64,000 nt of DNA from NCBI GenBank assembly GCA_027604505.1, contig JADIIX010000019.1, forward strand, positions 124,001 to 188,000, written 5' to 3'. This DNA comes from Gonapodya sp. JEL0774 (taxonomy: Eukaryota). How positions within the stretch are numbered: the stretch's first letter is position 1; the number at the start of each line of letters is the position of its first letter. Below, piece after piece: positions 62,270-64,000 of this stretch. The notes under the pieces are model-generated. The model did not search any database and was not told the origin of the DNA. It saw only the letters and a program-made list of their open reading frames with translations. The translations under genes and the position numbers were made by a program.

Positions 62270-64000
62270 ATGAAATCTACTTTTCCCGAATCTGACCAAA
62301 CAATGGATGGATCCTTGGCGTCTCAGTCCCAGGAAAGTTCCGCCAGCTCATTCGAAAAGCTACCATTGGAGGAAACGAATCTTGACGTACCGTCTCAGGA
62401 AACAGGTATAACTCAGTTCAATCCTTTTAAATACCCATCCACATCTTGGGTGTCGAATATAGCATTCCAGAAACATACGTACTCGATTTATGTTCGCTTC
62501 CGACCCGCCGCAGATTCTCCTCCACCGCCGCGTCAGATTGCAATTGTCGTGCTGTGTCTCGGGATTGGTCAAATGCTTGCAAGTCTTGACGGAACCGTTG
62601 TGGGTGCGTTGCCCGCCTGCTGCATTGTCGATTCGGACCTCTACTAAAGTCTGACGTCACAGCAACCATGCTCCCGACCATCAGCAGGGATTTCAACGAT
62701 ACTTCATCTTATTCATGGGTCGGGAACGCGTATCTGTTGAGTTGGTAATCCACACTCGAGCAAGATTACATGACAGAATCCACTCACCCATGTATTCCAC
62801 CAGCGTCGACCGCCCTTGCGCCCATCTGGGGTAAAATTTCTGATATATGTGAGCTGGGCAGTGGCTTCGCTATCTAACAGATAAGAAGACTTGCTTAAGA
62901 CCGCATATTTCACCATCTTGGTAGTTGGTCGAAAACGGATGCTCATCGCATGCGTGCTCATGTTTATGGTTACTTCTGTCATGGCAGCCCTAGCTACGAA
63001 TATGGTGAGAAGCAACAATCACGCGCCGGAATGGCACCGAAACCATCGCACCTACTCAAATGCCCTCTTGCGTATGCTCACTCATTTCTCTCCAATCACG
63101 ACCAACGAAAGTGCAGGCAGTGCTCATTACCGCCCGTGCCCTTCAGGGGATTGGGGGTGGTGGCATTTCAGGACTCACCATGGCCATTATCGGGGAGATC
63201 ATATCACCTCGGGAGCGTGGCAAGTATCAGGGAATCTTAGCCTCAACCACCGGTTTAGGCGCCATCATTGGCCCGTTTGTGGGTGGGATCCTAACCGATA
63301 AGTTGTCGTGGAGGTTCGGGTTCTGGATAAATATTCCACTGGGAGTGGTTTCCATTGCGGGTACGTGGGAATGGTTCCTCAACTTGTCCACTTAACCCAC
63401 CTTTCACATCCCGCTCCTCTATTTTAAAGGCTACGCTCTTTTTATTCACCTCCCCTCGCCGACGGGCACTTTGCGCACTCAACTCGGCCGTGTGGACTGG
63501 TTAGGCGTTGTACTCTCCACTGCCGGGACCTCCCTCTTTCTTCTAGGTCTCACATGGGGAGGCGTCACATTTCCATGGGTCTCTGGACAAGTTCTTGGCT
63601 CCTTTGTCGCCTCCGTGGTTTTGATGTTGGCCTTTGTCTGGTGGCAGACCAAGGCAGAGGAACCGGTTGTCTCGCCAAAACTTTTTCAGTCGAGAAACTA
63701 CACCATCATTAATGTTGTGTTCTTTTGTGTCGGGCTGGTGATTTGGAGCATATCGTATTTCGTCCCAGGTGCGAGCCAGATGAAGATTGGGTGCAGTTGC
63801 GCATCCTCGTTCGAAGCGCCCGATTTCCCCCAAGCGTCACTCACCATCGCGGTTCGTTTTGGCTTCCTTGCCTTTCTATTGCGCTTGTGCAGTTTATTTC
63901 CAAGAAGTTCTCGGGCTTTCCCCAACGGATTCTGGGGTGCAAAGCCTTCCGTATATGGGCGGTTTCATCACCATGAGTATGCTGGCAGGATACTTGATCG
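62270..64000 (+). CDS. MFS transporter, DHA2-like (14-TMS), truncated by window end
   Basis: LASLDGTVVAT, SWVGNAYLL, WGKISDIFGRK, RALQGIGGGG, RERGKYQG, GAIIGPFVGGILTDKLSWRFGFWINIPLG, RVDWLG. Confidence 0.9.

Noticed and set aside
1..64000. Transposons, viral inserts, CRISPR arrays, rRNA, spliceosomal snRNAs
   Set aside because: No transposase, RT or integrase motifs, LTRs/TIRs, repeat-spacer arrays or conserved RNA signatures were seen by eye.

Overview
Gene-dense, intron-rich eukaryotic DNA with GT-AG introns mostly 50-400 nt long and degenerate GTnnGT donors. Fungal hallmarks (Zn2Cys6 transcription factor, DHA1/DHA2 MFS transporters, URC4/DUF1688, HIS5) occur together with flagellar/centriolar genes (GAS8/DRC4, CCDC146/MBO2, an MPHOSPH9-like C-terminus), which points to a zoosporic (chytrid-grade) fungus; this is an inference. 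I reconstructed about 26 protein-coding genes by hand-splicing, plus two convergent tRNA-Ser(AGA) genes. No transposon, CRISPR array or rRNA is supported. Best leads: (1) a 3-nt microexon supplying the invariant Gly of the FAT1 AMP-binding motif; (2) an ORF with an HTH in exact RWP-RK register; (3) an MPHOSPH9-like tail on a huge disordered protein; (4) a peroxisomal double-SDR with a dead second domain and no hydratase; (5) four enzymes ending in PTS1-like tripeptides; (6) a highly structured RACK1 intron; (7) a duplicated 75-nt 3'UTR hairpin module whose substitutions preserve pairing; (8) an OGFOD2-like oxygenase largely invisible in the ORF track. All family assignments come from motif recognition, not database searches.
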